Origin: Takakia lepidozioides
Taxonomy: Eukaryota; Plantae; Bryophyta
Direction: 5' to 3'
Assembly: GCA_030704615.1 (NCBI GenBank)
Contig: CM060731.1
Span: forward strand, 44,764,001-44,828,000
DNA length: 64,000 bases
The stretch's first letter is position 1. Each line of letters starts with the position of its first letter. Positions 12,360 through 24,220 of the stretch are shown piece after piece. The notes beneath the pieces were generated by a model that saw only the letters and a program-made list of their open reading frames with translations, did no database searches and had not been told where the DNA came from. A program made the translations under genes and the position numbers.

Positions 12360-13270
12360 TCAAGCTTTAGATCCATAGCTTGACCCAAGACATGTCGGCG
12401 TGATGTCTGGCACAACTGTAGTGCCCGTGGCAAATCCCATTGCCCGCTCTCGCTCATCTACATGGGCTCCACCACTTGCTGTAGCACACTGTCCCAATCA
12501 ACCCAGGACCGATGTCTCGAAGCATGACGAGGGAAAGCTCATGACGTAGGCAGGCCGCACTGGCTACCCCACTCGATTTACCACTGCTAGAGGTAGACGG
12601 TCATCATGTCGCACCCTCTGTGGTTGCCTCCCTTGGTCCAAAATGCCCTCAACTGTGAGATTGGGTGGCCGTTGAATGGAATCGTATGCTCTCTTGAGCA
12701 GCTCTGGTGGTGCAAGATTGGTCCACCACAATCGAGGTCGATACGCTCGTGATCCCACCGCTGTTGCATCCAATAGCACCGCCGATCCAATCCAAGACCG
12801 CACCTGATGCACACTGGCCATAACCCTGGCCCGAGAGTCCCCCATAGGAACATTCTCCAAGATATAGACTAGAGGTTGCACTTGCCTCGTCTGCAAGTCA
12901 CAACACACCCTCAACATCTCCCAAAACAAATGTGATCGTGCATCATGCAAGCCGTTCCCATGACCTGCGGAGAGTGTCCTTGGCAAGGCCATCCAGCTTT
13001 CATCAAGTCAGTGGCACCATGCCGGTCCAAATCAGCCGTCCCCAACAAGGTAATGTCTGTTGGCAAGGCCTTTTGATATCCTTGAATTGTTGAGAGAGGC
13101 AACAACTCAGGATACCGGTGTGTGAGCAAGACGATATGGCGCATAGAAATACGCCGAGCTATCTCATCCTTCTCCACATACAAGTACTTGCATACTTTAA
13201 TCCCAACTTGCAACACTCCTGCAAGCCCAGTGCTCATGTCTCCAAACAGGTCTAGCAAACAATCCCTGAG
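12360..13270 (-). CDS. C5 cytosine DNA methyltransferase domain, DNMT3-like (degenerate)
   Basis: Motif I LDLFGDMSTG; II YLYVEKD; IV AGWPCQGHS; RSHLFWEMLRV; VI YILENVP; VIII RAYRPRLWWTNL; IX DERERAMGFATGTT; X RHVLGQAMDL. Motifs IX and X were read manually at ~12370-12465. Confidence 0.9.
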
Positions 13271-13639
13271 TCAGGTGGTTGCCATGTAATGGGCACTGTA
13301 TCCAAAGAGCTAACTGAGGAGGTCCAGTGATGTCACTGAACTCCCCTCACTCACCAATGGATAGGCCTCCTGCCTGCTGGTGCACCACTCGTCTGCTACT
13401 CGATGCAAATCCTAACTGTACCCCACAGTGTAATATGAACAGACACATGAGGAAGCAAATCAGCCTTGTATGCCAATTATTTGTCCTCATCAGGTGGTGG
13501 CCTATTATATGCATGGCTATTGCCCTCCAAGAGCTCACCACCCCAAGCCACCACCCCTGAGAATGCAGCCAATGTGGGCATCATGTTCCTATGATCCACC
13601 GCTACATTCCCAATAAACCGCACTGGGAGTAGTGCACAC

Positions 13640-14040
13640 CGCCTCCCTAACTGCCATTCCGGCCTGTAGGATGTCGTTTCCTCGTTTCCCCTCCCAAAAA
13701 GTCCAAAGTAAAGCCCATCGGGTATAACACGCCCCATCAACAAGCACATCATAAGACATCACTCCGTTAATGGCTTTTAGCTCTCATCACAGAGCCATCT
13801 GTAGGATGATCTGGCTGCAATCGAATGAAGAGCTCATGGCGTGTAATCCCTCGTGCCTTCTCCAAACCGCCCAAAGATGTTTGAATTTGGAAAAGACAAG
13901 GCTCCAAGTCCGCCTCTGTAAGGGCCTAGCCGACAATTGTTGCTCTCCCCAACATCAATGGCTCTACTCCCAAGTCCAACAAGACCCGTAGTGGCCTATA
14001 CCTCTTTCCAGTTGGGCCACCCAATTGAAATACTCCATCC
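13640..14040 (-). CDS. Aspartic protease of the DNMT-bearing element (degenerate)
   Basis: PLRVLLDLGVEPLMLG (Asp codon 13974-13976; expected DSG) and a downstream YDVLV motif near 13750. Confidence 0.7.
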
Positions 14041-14197
14041 TGATTGTCCACCAGGACTACCCCAGGAGTCACCAGCTGTGCTCAATGGCTGGCCTAGCTG
14101 GCAACTCCTGCAACCTTGCAGCTGCCGCTTGCCATGGCGCAGCTGTGGCTATTTTCACCCTTGAATCCAAGGCATCCATGCACTGCACCTGATCCGC

Positions 14198-14925
14198 TGT
14201 CGCACACCTCAGTTCGGTAAACTCCCCTTCAAGTCATAGTTACTCGCTTTGATGCGCGCGCCTGACTCCCAACCTGGCCGCCGGGCCAACTTGGAGTTTC
14301 GGCTGCTCACCGGGACATAACGGTCCCCTTCCGCTTCCCTCTAAACCCTCCACCTATTTGGGACTAGGAGAATTCCCTTTGGTAGATGGCAGTCCGGAAC
14401 AGCTCCCCACTCTTTGGTCGCTTTCCGGCTCGCTCGCTTACTCACTAGTTTTTGGTCACCAACGGGCTTGCACCGTTCTCGGGGTTACTACTCCCTATAT
14501 ATACTTCTGTAGCTGTCCGCGGGGGTTTCATAACCAGCCATGCCATTTTATGGCGAACCACCACGAAAACCCTCGACTCCCGGTGGTGAGTCGCGGTGAG
14601 TCTTGGCCCACTCACCGCGGCCCCAATGGACCGTGATGAGTCCCAAGACTCCCCACGACTCCCACCTCGAGGTCTCCACCCCATGGTGAGTCCTATGCCA
14701 CCCCCACTAAGTCCCACACTAAGCTACCACCACCCCTTGTGGAGCCACCTCCACACCGCAACCCGGTGTGCGGGGCTCCACCTAGTGAGCGCCTCCGCCT
14801 CCTTGAGTGCCTTGGGCACTCAAGGGTGCTTCAGCCCCCCATACCTATCGCTGCCGCTGCCCCCACCACAGGGGCAGCCCCTCATGTGTCCCGACCCCCT
14901 GCCCTCAAGGCAAAGGGCCGCGACA
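14198..14925 (-). repeat. 3' LTR of chromovirus copy 2
   Basis: TGTCGCAC...CGCGACA; matches 19981-20702. Confidence 0.95.
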
Positions 14926-15829
14926 CACACCCCTACCAACAGGGAGTCGATGTCCTCATCGACTTGTCCATTTTGTAGAAACGAACATCCAAGTTGTGGC
15001 GTCCCACATCAAGGAGTTTGTTTCCGTACCATGGCGTCCCATGGCAAAGAACCAAACCCCACACTTGACTCCACTCTCCACTAGCTAGTTCGGCCGACTT
15101 CCTCCAAGTCCCGGCCAAGGGTGGAGCCTCTCCAGCTCTCTCCCAGTGCACTCTTCTTGGCCTACTTCAAGGCCAAGGAACGATCCTCCCCGAGGATCGA
15201 ATCGCCTTACTGCAACAACATTGCTTGCGATCGCTCATGATGCCGCTTTTGGCATCACCTTGAGCAAGGGTTCACCTGGAACCCTCTTTGACTAGGAAGA
15301 TAACCTTGAACCAACCGTGCGCCCCAATCACTACAATTGGGTCCGCCTTGGAATGCTGGCCTGAGGTACGGGAACACGCCGAAGCCGCACTACTACTTCG
15401 TCCCGAGGCTACACGATTATAGTACGTGAACGGAAGCACGTAGCTTCCGCGTTAGCCCGCACTACAAGGCAACCCCCTCGGTAGCGCAGTTATAGTACGC
15501 GCACGCGCCAGGTGCGCACTAGCACTGGAACTCCCAAATGAGGCGCAAGTTTCCTTGCCCCTTGGATGGGAGTCACCCGATTTCGGCACTGCGCAAACAC
15601 ACGATTAACCCAATTTACCTCTCCACTTTTGTAAGCTAGCATGCATTCTACACACCAGCCAACCACACCATGCATCACCATTCCAAACACAATAGGACGC
15701 ACATATTTGGAACCCATTTCCCTTATCACAATTTTTGTACAATACAAGTTTTTGCAATCGGATTCTTGAGCTAGCTAAACCGGGCTAAGCATGCATTTCC
15801 TCCCCCACGCTCCAAGGTTGATGTCCCCA

Positions 15830-18800
15830 TCAACGCTTCTTCCGCTTTTGAGGTCGCCCTTCGAACGCTGCAAACTGCCTCGGATGCGTTTTCCCATTTC
15901 TGAGGCACGCACCCAATGCCTCCACAAGATGATAGCCCTTCCATTTGACGAGATACTCCGTTTCTCGGTTCTTGAACCTCCTCGACTTAAGTATTGCCTC
16001 CACCTCGTACTCGGGTTCATTTTCATGATCCATCAGCATAGGTGGCGGACGCAACACTTGCTGCCGATTCGGACGTGCTTCATCTTTGAAGTAAGGCTTC
16101 AAAAGGGAGACATGGAATACTGGGTGCACCTTGCTGTTTGCTGGCAGCTCCAATTCATACACATCCTCATTCATAACCCTCCGAATGCGAAAGGGACCCG
16201 CATACGGAGGTACGAACTTCGGACTCATTTCCGGAGGTAGTCGAAATTCTTGATGTTCAACCAGACCTTTGTGCCTGCCTCAAACTTCACTTCCCTCCGC
16301 TTCCGATTCGCCTGCCTTTCATACCGTTTCCTAGCTTTGGCAATGTTGTACTTTGCGAGCTTCAACAAACGCTCGCGTTCTTCCAGTACCGCCGCTACTG
16401 CCGGTTCCTCAACGTCCTGGGCGGCCCAACTTGTCGGCACCAGAGGTGCTTTTCCATAGACCAACACAAAAGGGGAAACTCCCGTCGCGGAGTGTTCTGT
16501 GTTATTATAACAGAACTCTGCCGCGTCTAAGTGTTCCATCCAGTCTGATTGGTCTGCCGACACGTAATTCCGCAAGAATTGCTTCACTACGGAATTCACT
16601 CTTTCCGTTTGGCCGTCCGTCGTAGGTCGGAAGGCGGTGCTCATCTTCAGCCTCGTCCCCATCTTCTTCCAAAGTGCTCTCCAGAATTTACTCGTAAACT
16701 TTGGGTCGCGGTCCGAGACAATATCCTTCGGGACTCCATGATGCTTTAAGACGTGGGCGAAGTAAAGTCGCCCTGTCTCCTGCGCAGTAGCCGTCTCCTT
16801 GGTGGGGATGAAATGGGCCATTTTACTGAACCTATCTACCACCACCATGATTGCATCGAATCCTTTTGACAGCGGCATAGCAGTCATGAAATCCATCGAG
16901 ACGCTTTCCCAAGTCCCCTCTGGAATCGGCAAGGGTTGTAACAGCCCCGCTTGCTTTTTATACTCGCTCCGGTTTTGTTGGCATGTGGTGCATGTCTTTA
17001 CATACTCCTCTGCCTCCTCCCTCAGTTTGGGCCAGAAATACTCTTTCTTCAAGAGTGCCGCAGTGCGCTTGGCTCCACCGTGGCCCGCAAGCGGGCTATC
17101 ATGGCATTCTCTCAAGAGACTATCCCTGATCCCTCCCTTTGGCACATAGAGACGTTTTTGCTTATACCAGAGCAGTCCGTTTTGCAAGTGGAACTGCGAT
17201 TTAACCCCCATTCTCAAGTTCTGCATCACGCACTTTGCCAGCTCATCCTTCCGGCAAGCCTTCCGGATCTTCCTTTGGAGCGCCGTCTCGCCCTTGTACA
17301 CCAACAAGAGCTGCTGCTTCTACTTAAAGCATCGGCCACCACATTGTCCCGTCCCGGTTTGTACTGGATATCCACGTCGAACACTGCCAAAGTATCTTGC
17401 CACCTAAGTTGTTTTGGGGACAACTTGGGCTGCGTGGCAAATACTTCACCCGTGACATTGTCCGTGAACACCTTCACTGGGTTGGAACCAACATAGTGGC
17501 GCCAGAGTTCAAGGCAATGTACCACCGCCTTCATCTCTTTTTCGTGCGTCGGCCACCGTCGCTCCACTTCATCAGTTTCTTACTTTCGTAAGCCACTGGA
17601 CGTCCATCTTGCATAAGTAACACCCCCAATTGCGAAGTCCGATGCATCTGTATGAATCTCAAACGGACGATCGAACTCCGGGATTTTTAAGACTGGAGCT
17701 TCCGTCATCCGCTGCTTCAATTCAGCAAAAGCTTGGCCACAAAATGTGTTCCATACCCAGACTTTGGATTTACACAGAAGGTCCGACAGCGGCCCCGCGA
17801 TCTTGGCGAAATTTCTCACATACTTCCGGTAATAGGAGGCGAGTCCTAGGAAGGATCGCACTCCCCGAAGTCGGAGGCTCCCAGTCCAAGATCGCCCTCA
17901 CCTTTCTGTCATCCATTTTGATCCCATCCTGTGTAATCACGTGCCCCAAGAACTCCACTTTTGTGACCCCGAATTCGCACTTTGAAGCTTTGGCATACAG
18001 CTTCCCTTCTTCGTAATTTTTGGAACACACCCTTTGAGGTGCTCCAGGTGCTCCTCCTTTGTTTTCGAGTACACCAAGATGTCGTCGATGTACACGATCA
18101 CAAAGTCATCCAACCACTCCTGGAAAAGGCTGTTCATCATCGTGCTAAATGTCGCTGGTGCATGGTGAGCCCAAAAGGCATCACCAAGAACTCATATGAA
18201 CCATACCTTGTCCTGCACGCGGTCTTCTCCTCTCACTTCTCTAATGTAAAGCAAAAACTGGGACTCGTGTGTCTCCTCCACGGCCCACTCCTTTGCTGAT
18301 AGAGGTTTATTCGCCCTCCCACGGATTTGGGCGTTTCCGACACTCGTAAAACCTCGCCACCATTCCCACATGGCAGCGTGACTACTCTCTTGCGGCCATC
18401 TATGACCGCTCCGGATTTGCTCAAAAGGTCATTCCCAAATGAGATCCACTCCATCGATCTCGCAGATAGTGAAATTCTCACGTCCCTCCCAACTCCCCAG
18501 TTGAAGAGGAACATCAACGCCAACCTTGTCGCCAACTGAGGTTCTCCTTTGGCAGAGCGCACCTCAACATAGAGGCCCCCACGTCACTTGTCGGGAGTCC
18601 CAACTTTCGCGCCGCCGCCGGCGTCATGAAGGAGTGCGACGCTCCTGTGTCCACCAACAACGACACATTAGTTCCGGATATTATCCCATCCACGAACAAT
18701 AACTGACTCCCTTTTCGTAAGGCGCCAGTTTCCTGATACAACTCACAAGAAAATTTGCCTACCTTGCAAGTCCTGGCGACCACCGCTTCCACCAAGCGAC

Positions 18801-19925
18801 TGATGGTATCTTCCGACAGCTCCGTGGTCGCCCGAGTCATGTTCAATTGCCGGGCTTCGTGCACTTCTTGGCCATGTGCCCGGGCTCCCCGCAATTGAAA
18901 CACACTCCATCAAAGGTCGCCTTCTGTCCGCCATAAGTCGCTCCACCCGCTTTTCCTTTCGAAGCACCGGGTGCCGCCTTGACGTTTGAAGGACCTCCCT
19001 TCGATTTCCACGTGCCATTTTCGCCGCGTGGCCTATCCCACTTCTTTTCCGGTCGGGAGGAGTCACCTTCCCGCCGGGTCTTCTTGTGGTTCAGCTCCGT
19101 ACGGCCTTGTCTCTCACCCTTAGGGACATCCGAGAAACATTCAGCTCTCTCAATTGCCTCGTTCAAAGTCTTGGGTGGCTTCTCCTCCAACTTCCGCCTA
19201 GCCCATGGGGCCAGTCCCGCCACAAAGTTGAAGACCATTTCTGGTTCTGCCATGTCCGCGACTTCGAGTAACAGCACATTGAAAGCCTGGACATACCCCC
19301 GAATGTCATCTGTTTGCTTCAAATTCCTCATCTTGTCCCGGGCAAGCCAGGATGCGTTGAGGGGCACAAACTGTCTCTTCATCAATTCCTTGAACTCACT
19401 CCAGTTCAAGGTTTCCGGGCTTGGGCCTCGGTCCGTGAAGGCGTTTCTGCCACCATTGTTGAGCATAGCCCCTCAAATAGGTGGGAGCCACTTCCACCCG
19501 ACTCCTCGTCACTCAACTTGGCCGCCCGGAAGTACTGCTCTAGCTCCAGGAGCCAGGTGTTGAGTGCCTTCCGGTTTCGAAACGCCTCGAAGGTGCCGGG
19601 TTCCTTAGGCTTCACCTTAAACTTTGCCTTGGTGGAAGTGGCATTAGCCGCCTTCAACACGTCTTTCAACGTCCCGCCAACTGCGCCAACAACCCTTCCC
19701 AAAAGGCTGCCGGCATGGGAGGCATCTCTTGGTTTGTCGGAGCTCTCAAAGATTCCTCGGGCTCCGACTCCTCGGATTCCTCCTGCGCTCTGAGCGGCCT
19801 CGTTTTCGGAAACATTAATCGCTTCCTCAAACGGCCGCCTCGGTGACACGTCGCCCCCATCGGGCTCACCGGGATCATCATCTTTTGGGCCGTTCCGCTT
19901 TCGCTTCGGCTTGGCCCGACCCCAT
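15830..19925 (-). CDS. gag-pol of copy 2 (RT N-terminus deleted)
   Basis: Same motifs as copy 1; integrase ORF 16225-17307 with HHCC and WESVSMDF; chromodomain [27 protein letters not shown]. Confidence 0.92.
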
Positions 19926-19980
19926 GATGAGGCCAATCCCAAGGACGATCGCGTACTGAACTCTAGGCTCTGATACCAAG

Positions 19981-20702
19981 TGTCGCACACCTCAGTTCGG
20001 TAAACTCCCCTTCAAGTCATAGTTACTCGCTTTGATGCGCGCGCCTGACTCCCAACCTGGCCGCCGGGCCAACTTGGAGTTTCGGCTGCTCACCGGGACA
20101 TAACGGTCCCCTTCCGCTTCCCTCTAAACCCTCCACTTTTTTGGGACTAGGAGGATCCCTTTGGTAGATGGCAGTCCGGAACAGCTCCCCACTCTTTGTG
20201 TCGCTTTCCGGCTCGCTCGCTTACTCACTAGTTTTTGGTCACCAACGGGCTTGCACCGTTCTCGGGTTACTACTCCCTATATATACTTCTGTAGCTGTCC
20301 GCGGGGGTTTCATAACCAGCCATGCCATTTTTATGGCGAACCACCACGAAAACCCTCGACTCCCGGTGGTGAGTCGCGGTGAGTCTTCCCACTCACCGCG
20401 GCCCCAATGGACCGTGATGAGTCCCAAGACTCCCCACGACTCCCACCTCGAGGTCTCCACCCCATGGTGAGTCCTATGCCACCCCCACTAAGTCCCACTA
20501 AGCTACCACCACCCCTTGTGGAGCCACCTCCACCGCAACCCGGTGTGCGGGGCTCCACCTAGTGAGCGCCTCCGCCTCCTTGATTGCCTTGGGCACTCAA
20601 GGGTGCTTCAGCCCCCCATACCTATCGCTGCCGCTGCCCCCACCACAGGGGCAGCCCCTCATGTGTCCCGACCCCCTGCCCTCAAGGCAAAGGGCCGCGA
20701 CA
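19981..20702 (-). repeat. 5' LTR of chromovirus copy 2
   Basis: Adjacent to the PBS; matches 14198-14925. Confidence 0.95.
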
Positions 20703-21399
20703 TCCGCTATCCCCGCAAATAGTGCCGATGCATCACCACTATCACAGAATCTAGCCGCTAGTCTGAACACAACAGCTGGCCGGATCCCCGACATTGCAAT
20801 GGACATTGCAGAAAATAATGGAACTTGGCAAACCGCCGAGCCGCCCCCAACAATGTACTGGCTGCACCTTGCTTTGCAGCACCACCCACTGGCATTTCCC
20901 GAGCCACACCCAACTCTCCCCAATGACACTCGTGGCTCTACCTCTGACACACTTGGGCGAGCAGGTGCCATTGATGGCGTAGATGGCACTGTTTCAGCCA
21001 ATGTAAAGGACTTGTGGAAGCCTTGTCTGACGACTTGCTTCCCCTCTTTGTGGATCAAAATCCACATCCGCTCCTCTTGGCTCAGAAGCACGCGTTGCTA
21101 CTCGAGTGACAGCAGCTACAGAGTCCATATGCAATGGTCCTGCAAGTGCGGCTCCACACATGAAGCCCATACCAATCTGGTCTTCCCTAGGCATAGGAGG
21201 TTGTGCAGGTGGGGCTTGAACCTCAAGCCTTGGAGCTGGCGCAACATGAGTAGTGGCCATGGCAGCAAGACGTTGCTCTAGCTGGGCAAGTCTATCCACC
21301 ATGCCTTGGTCATGACCTTGACCTTGACCCTATGCTCCTTGGTTTTGGTTACGTCCTCCACCCCGACCTCTGCCTCCTCTACCTCTCTGGACTACATTG

Positions 21400-22685
21400 C
21401 CTCATCCTCAGCCATCATTGTTCCCTTGGAACTGGTCTGGCCGTAGCTCAGGATGCAAGTCATAACAATGGGCCTCTTCATGCCCATACTTGCCACAATG
21501 CCCACATTGTAGTTGTGTAGGTTGTGCCTGTGCCGGCCCTTTGCATCTTTCCGGGCAATCTCTCTTAACATGGGGTCCTCCACAATCCCAACATGTCATA
21601 CCCGACTGTTGTTGGCCTGAGAATGAAGGAAGTGACCTTTGCAATTGAGATCCTCTCGGCCCTTCCTTGGGCTTTGCCTGAGCCCCCTTGTTGTCTTGAG
21701 CACGTTGGGGTAGTGGTTGTTGTTGGCTAGGAGCCCCACTTCATTGTGTCTCCTGACCAAACCCCACCATGACCACTCGCTCCTCCACCATATTGAGCTC
21801 TATCCGCTCTGCCAGCAAAAACACATTTGCTAAGGTGGGTTGGTCCACTTGTAGGAGAGTTGCATCCCGTACCCTTCTCCTCAGCTCCTTGTCCAGGATC
21901 CCATACCAGAACTGGACTGCCTGAGCTTCTGTAACCCCTTGGGTTACGTTTATCAAGCGCCTCATGCGAGTGTAAGCCTCCCTCAAACTCTCGGCAGGCT
22001 TTCGTTGGAACTCTTGCAAACTCCGCAATTTCTCCGTCCTTATCCCCTGGTAGTTTCTCCTTAACTCCTCGAAGAACTTCACAACTAGGTTAAAGGCAGG
22101 CACGGGTGTTGGTGCTACAATAGGAGCTTGGGTGGACTTCCCAGCTCAAGTTCCACTCGACGTCCCACTGCTACTTGCAGAAGCTACCGGTGTAGCTACC
22201 GATGTCACCACTGCCCTTGTGTCTCTAGTGATGGAGACATAGTCAGGTGACCAATACATCTGCCATTCCTCAATCTCCACCTCATGTCCTCGCCTAAACT
22301 CATGGTAGTCATCCATGGGCAGCCCCTCAAGGTGCTGAAACAGCCCCTTCCACGCCATAAAAGGCGTAAACAGTTGTGGATTGCGCATCTGCTATAAATC
22401 ACACCAACTATCAAACTCTTGTATGAAATCGTCAAGCTCGATGGTGTCCACAGCTCCAGAGTACCGACGTGGCCCCTTGGTAGCTCCATACATTTCCTCC
22501 ATCGTATCCCACAACAATGGCACGGAAATGGCTTGCACCCTCAGCGAGAATTCTCCTAACTCTGAGTTTGAACCTTCCTCAGAAGACACTGAAGGTGAAG
22601 GTGGCCTAAACCGCACACCTTGTCTTGTACACCCACTAGTATCGCTGGTGCTCGTACCGGCACTCTCCTCAGCAACTAGTGGCAC
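21400..22685 (-). CDS. Gag of the DNMT-bearing element with two zinc knuckles
   Basis: LQEFQRKPAESLREAYTRMRRL...QFWYGILDKELR capsid-like region; CWDCGGPHVKRDC and CGHCGKYGHEEAHC knuckles. Confidence 0.8.
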
Positions 22686-23269
22686 CTCCGTGATGAAAAC
22701 TCACAACCACACCTGTTGTAAACATGTCTCTAATCCCCCTTGGCTTATGGCTTAGACTACTAGGTTCGTAACATAAACCTGCACCTGCATCCACCGCAAG
22801 CACTCATATGGTCTGCTGGTCATCAACCCAGCCTCACCATAAGAGAAACAATGGTGGTTTGACTGGTCATCACCCCAGCCTCACCACCGACAGCATGCTC
22901 TAGGATTGGCCGGTGATCAAATCCGGACCAACCTCCTATGAAAACAAGCGCCCACACAAAACTGACATGGCGCACAGTTAAGCATGCAAGTGTGGGGGGG
23001 ATCCAAACACAAGAAAATCAAGACAGTAACTCCCTCACACCAATAAAAACACTCCACAGTGTCGCTCCTGCAAGGACACCCCAGCCCAAACCCGGACTGA
23101 CTCTTGCCTCCACCTACGGAAAGGTTTTGGCCTACATAGAGGGTGGAAGACTACGAGGAAGAGAGACTAAAGCAATTCCTAATCCTAGAATGCTCTCATC
23201 CCACTAGTCTCCCCCTATGTCTAAACGCTCTTGCTCATGACCAACAGACATAACTACCTTCCAGGGTCT

Positions 23270-23605
23270 CTCAAATAACTCTCCAAGAGCCCTCAAGATG
23301 TTTCTCAAACAATCTCACTAAGGCCCCCAAAGCCTGCCAAATCAAGGACCCCAAAAAGTCCTTCAGACAAGTTGCCAAAGACTCCTTCAGCTCGCCAAAT
23401 ATTAGCCTCCAAGGACCCCAAAATAGTCCTCCAAATAGCCCTCCAAAGCTCCAAATGTTTGCCAAATATTGGTCTTCAAAGACCCCCAATAGTCCTCCAA
23501 ACAGTCCTCCAAACACCCCTTCAAGAGCTCTTCAAGTGTCTTACAAAAGCTCCTCAAAGGACCCCCGAAAGATCCTCCAAAGGCAATACTCCTCCAGATA
23601 CACCC
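23270..23605. repeat. Degenerate low-complexity tandem repeat (CTCCAAA/CCCCAA-based)
   Basis: Repeated ctccaaatagtc / ctccaaacagtc / gacccccaa words. Confidence 0.55.
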
Positions 23606-23609
23606 TAGA

Positions 23610-23900
23610 TGTCATACACTTTTAATGAAAACGTATGGTAGGCAAAGTCTCTCCACTTGTATCCATACACAGTCCACAAAATTGTATGGTGGGGCAGATG
23701 GAGCCCATACTCTGTTCACAAAAACGTATGTCGGGCAGAGGGGGCCCATACTCTGTTCACAAAAGAGTATGTTGGGCAGAGGGGTTCCATACTTTGATCA
23801 CAAAAGTGTATGATGGGCAGAGGGAGCCCATACACAGTTTCTTGAAGAGTATGGAGACTAGGGTTTGTAGAGTATAGTAAGAAACACCTTCTTCATGGTA
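23610..23900 (-). repeat. Possible 3' LTR of a third, truncated LTR element, containing ~6 copies of a ~41-bp unit
   Basis: Unit CCCATACTCTGTTCACAAAA-GTATG--GGGCAGAGGGG; TGTCATA at 23610; PPT-like TTAGGGGGGAAGA on the minus strand at ~23901-23913. Confidence 0.5.
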
Positions 23901-24220
23901 TCTTCCCCCCTAACATGCATGCAAGATTGTACTATCTTACTTTGCAATGCATTTATCCCAAATTGACAAGTTCCTCTTGATCTCCTTGGAACTCATAGCA
24001 AGCTAATGTGCCCAATGACAAGCACCAAGCCTTGCTTGAATTTGAATTTTGTATGCCATCTTCCATGTGCTTTCCCTTGCATGGGCTAGTCGTGTACACT
24101 TCCACCTCTTGACCTAGGTGTTCTCTTCATTCATCATAATGTATATCCACACCTCTATTCAAGAGCTCATCTTCTCAAACTTGAAGTCACAAGCCCTAAA
24201 GAGCATGCTCCACATAAACA

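Larger units (their letters stand above)
14198..20702 (-). mobile_element. Ty3/gypsy chromovirus (Galadriel-like), copy 2, with an internal RT deletion
   Basis: LTRs 14198-14925 and 19981-20702; TSD TCCGC at 14193-14197 and 20703-20707; PBS TGGTATCAGAGC at 19967-19978; highly similar to copy 1 throughout. Confidence 0.95.
8176..23050 (-). mobile_element. Degenerate non-chromovirus Ty3/gypsy element carrying a C5 DNA methyltransferase and PHD finger; split by copy 2; 5' boundary approximate
   Basis: Collinear minus-strand order: gag (22685-21400), protease (~14040-13640), DNMT (~13270-12360), RT (~11800-11190), RNase H (~11190-10480), integrase (~10010-9300), PHD (~9060-8905), PPT (~8660-8670), LTR-like block (8176-8657). 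No matching 5' LTR was found. Confidence 0.85.

Noticed and set aside
12360-13270. Bacterial restriction-modification methylase or contamination
   Set aside because: Embedded collinearly in a gypsy pol, decayed like its flanks, with DNMT3-like motif wording and no partner endonuclease.
22960-23250. 5' LTR of the DNMT-bearing element
   Set aside because: Only short scattered word matches to 8176-8570; no PBS or TSD identified.
23610-23900. CRISPR array
   Set aside because: Units are contiguous degenerate tandem copies without unique spacers; no cas genes; eukaryotic context.
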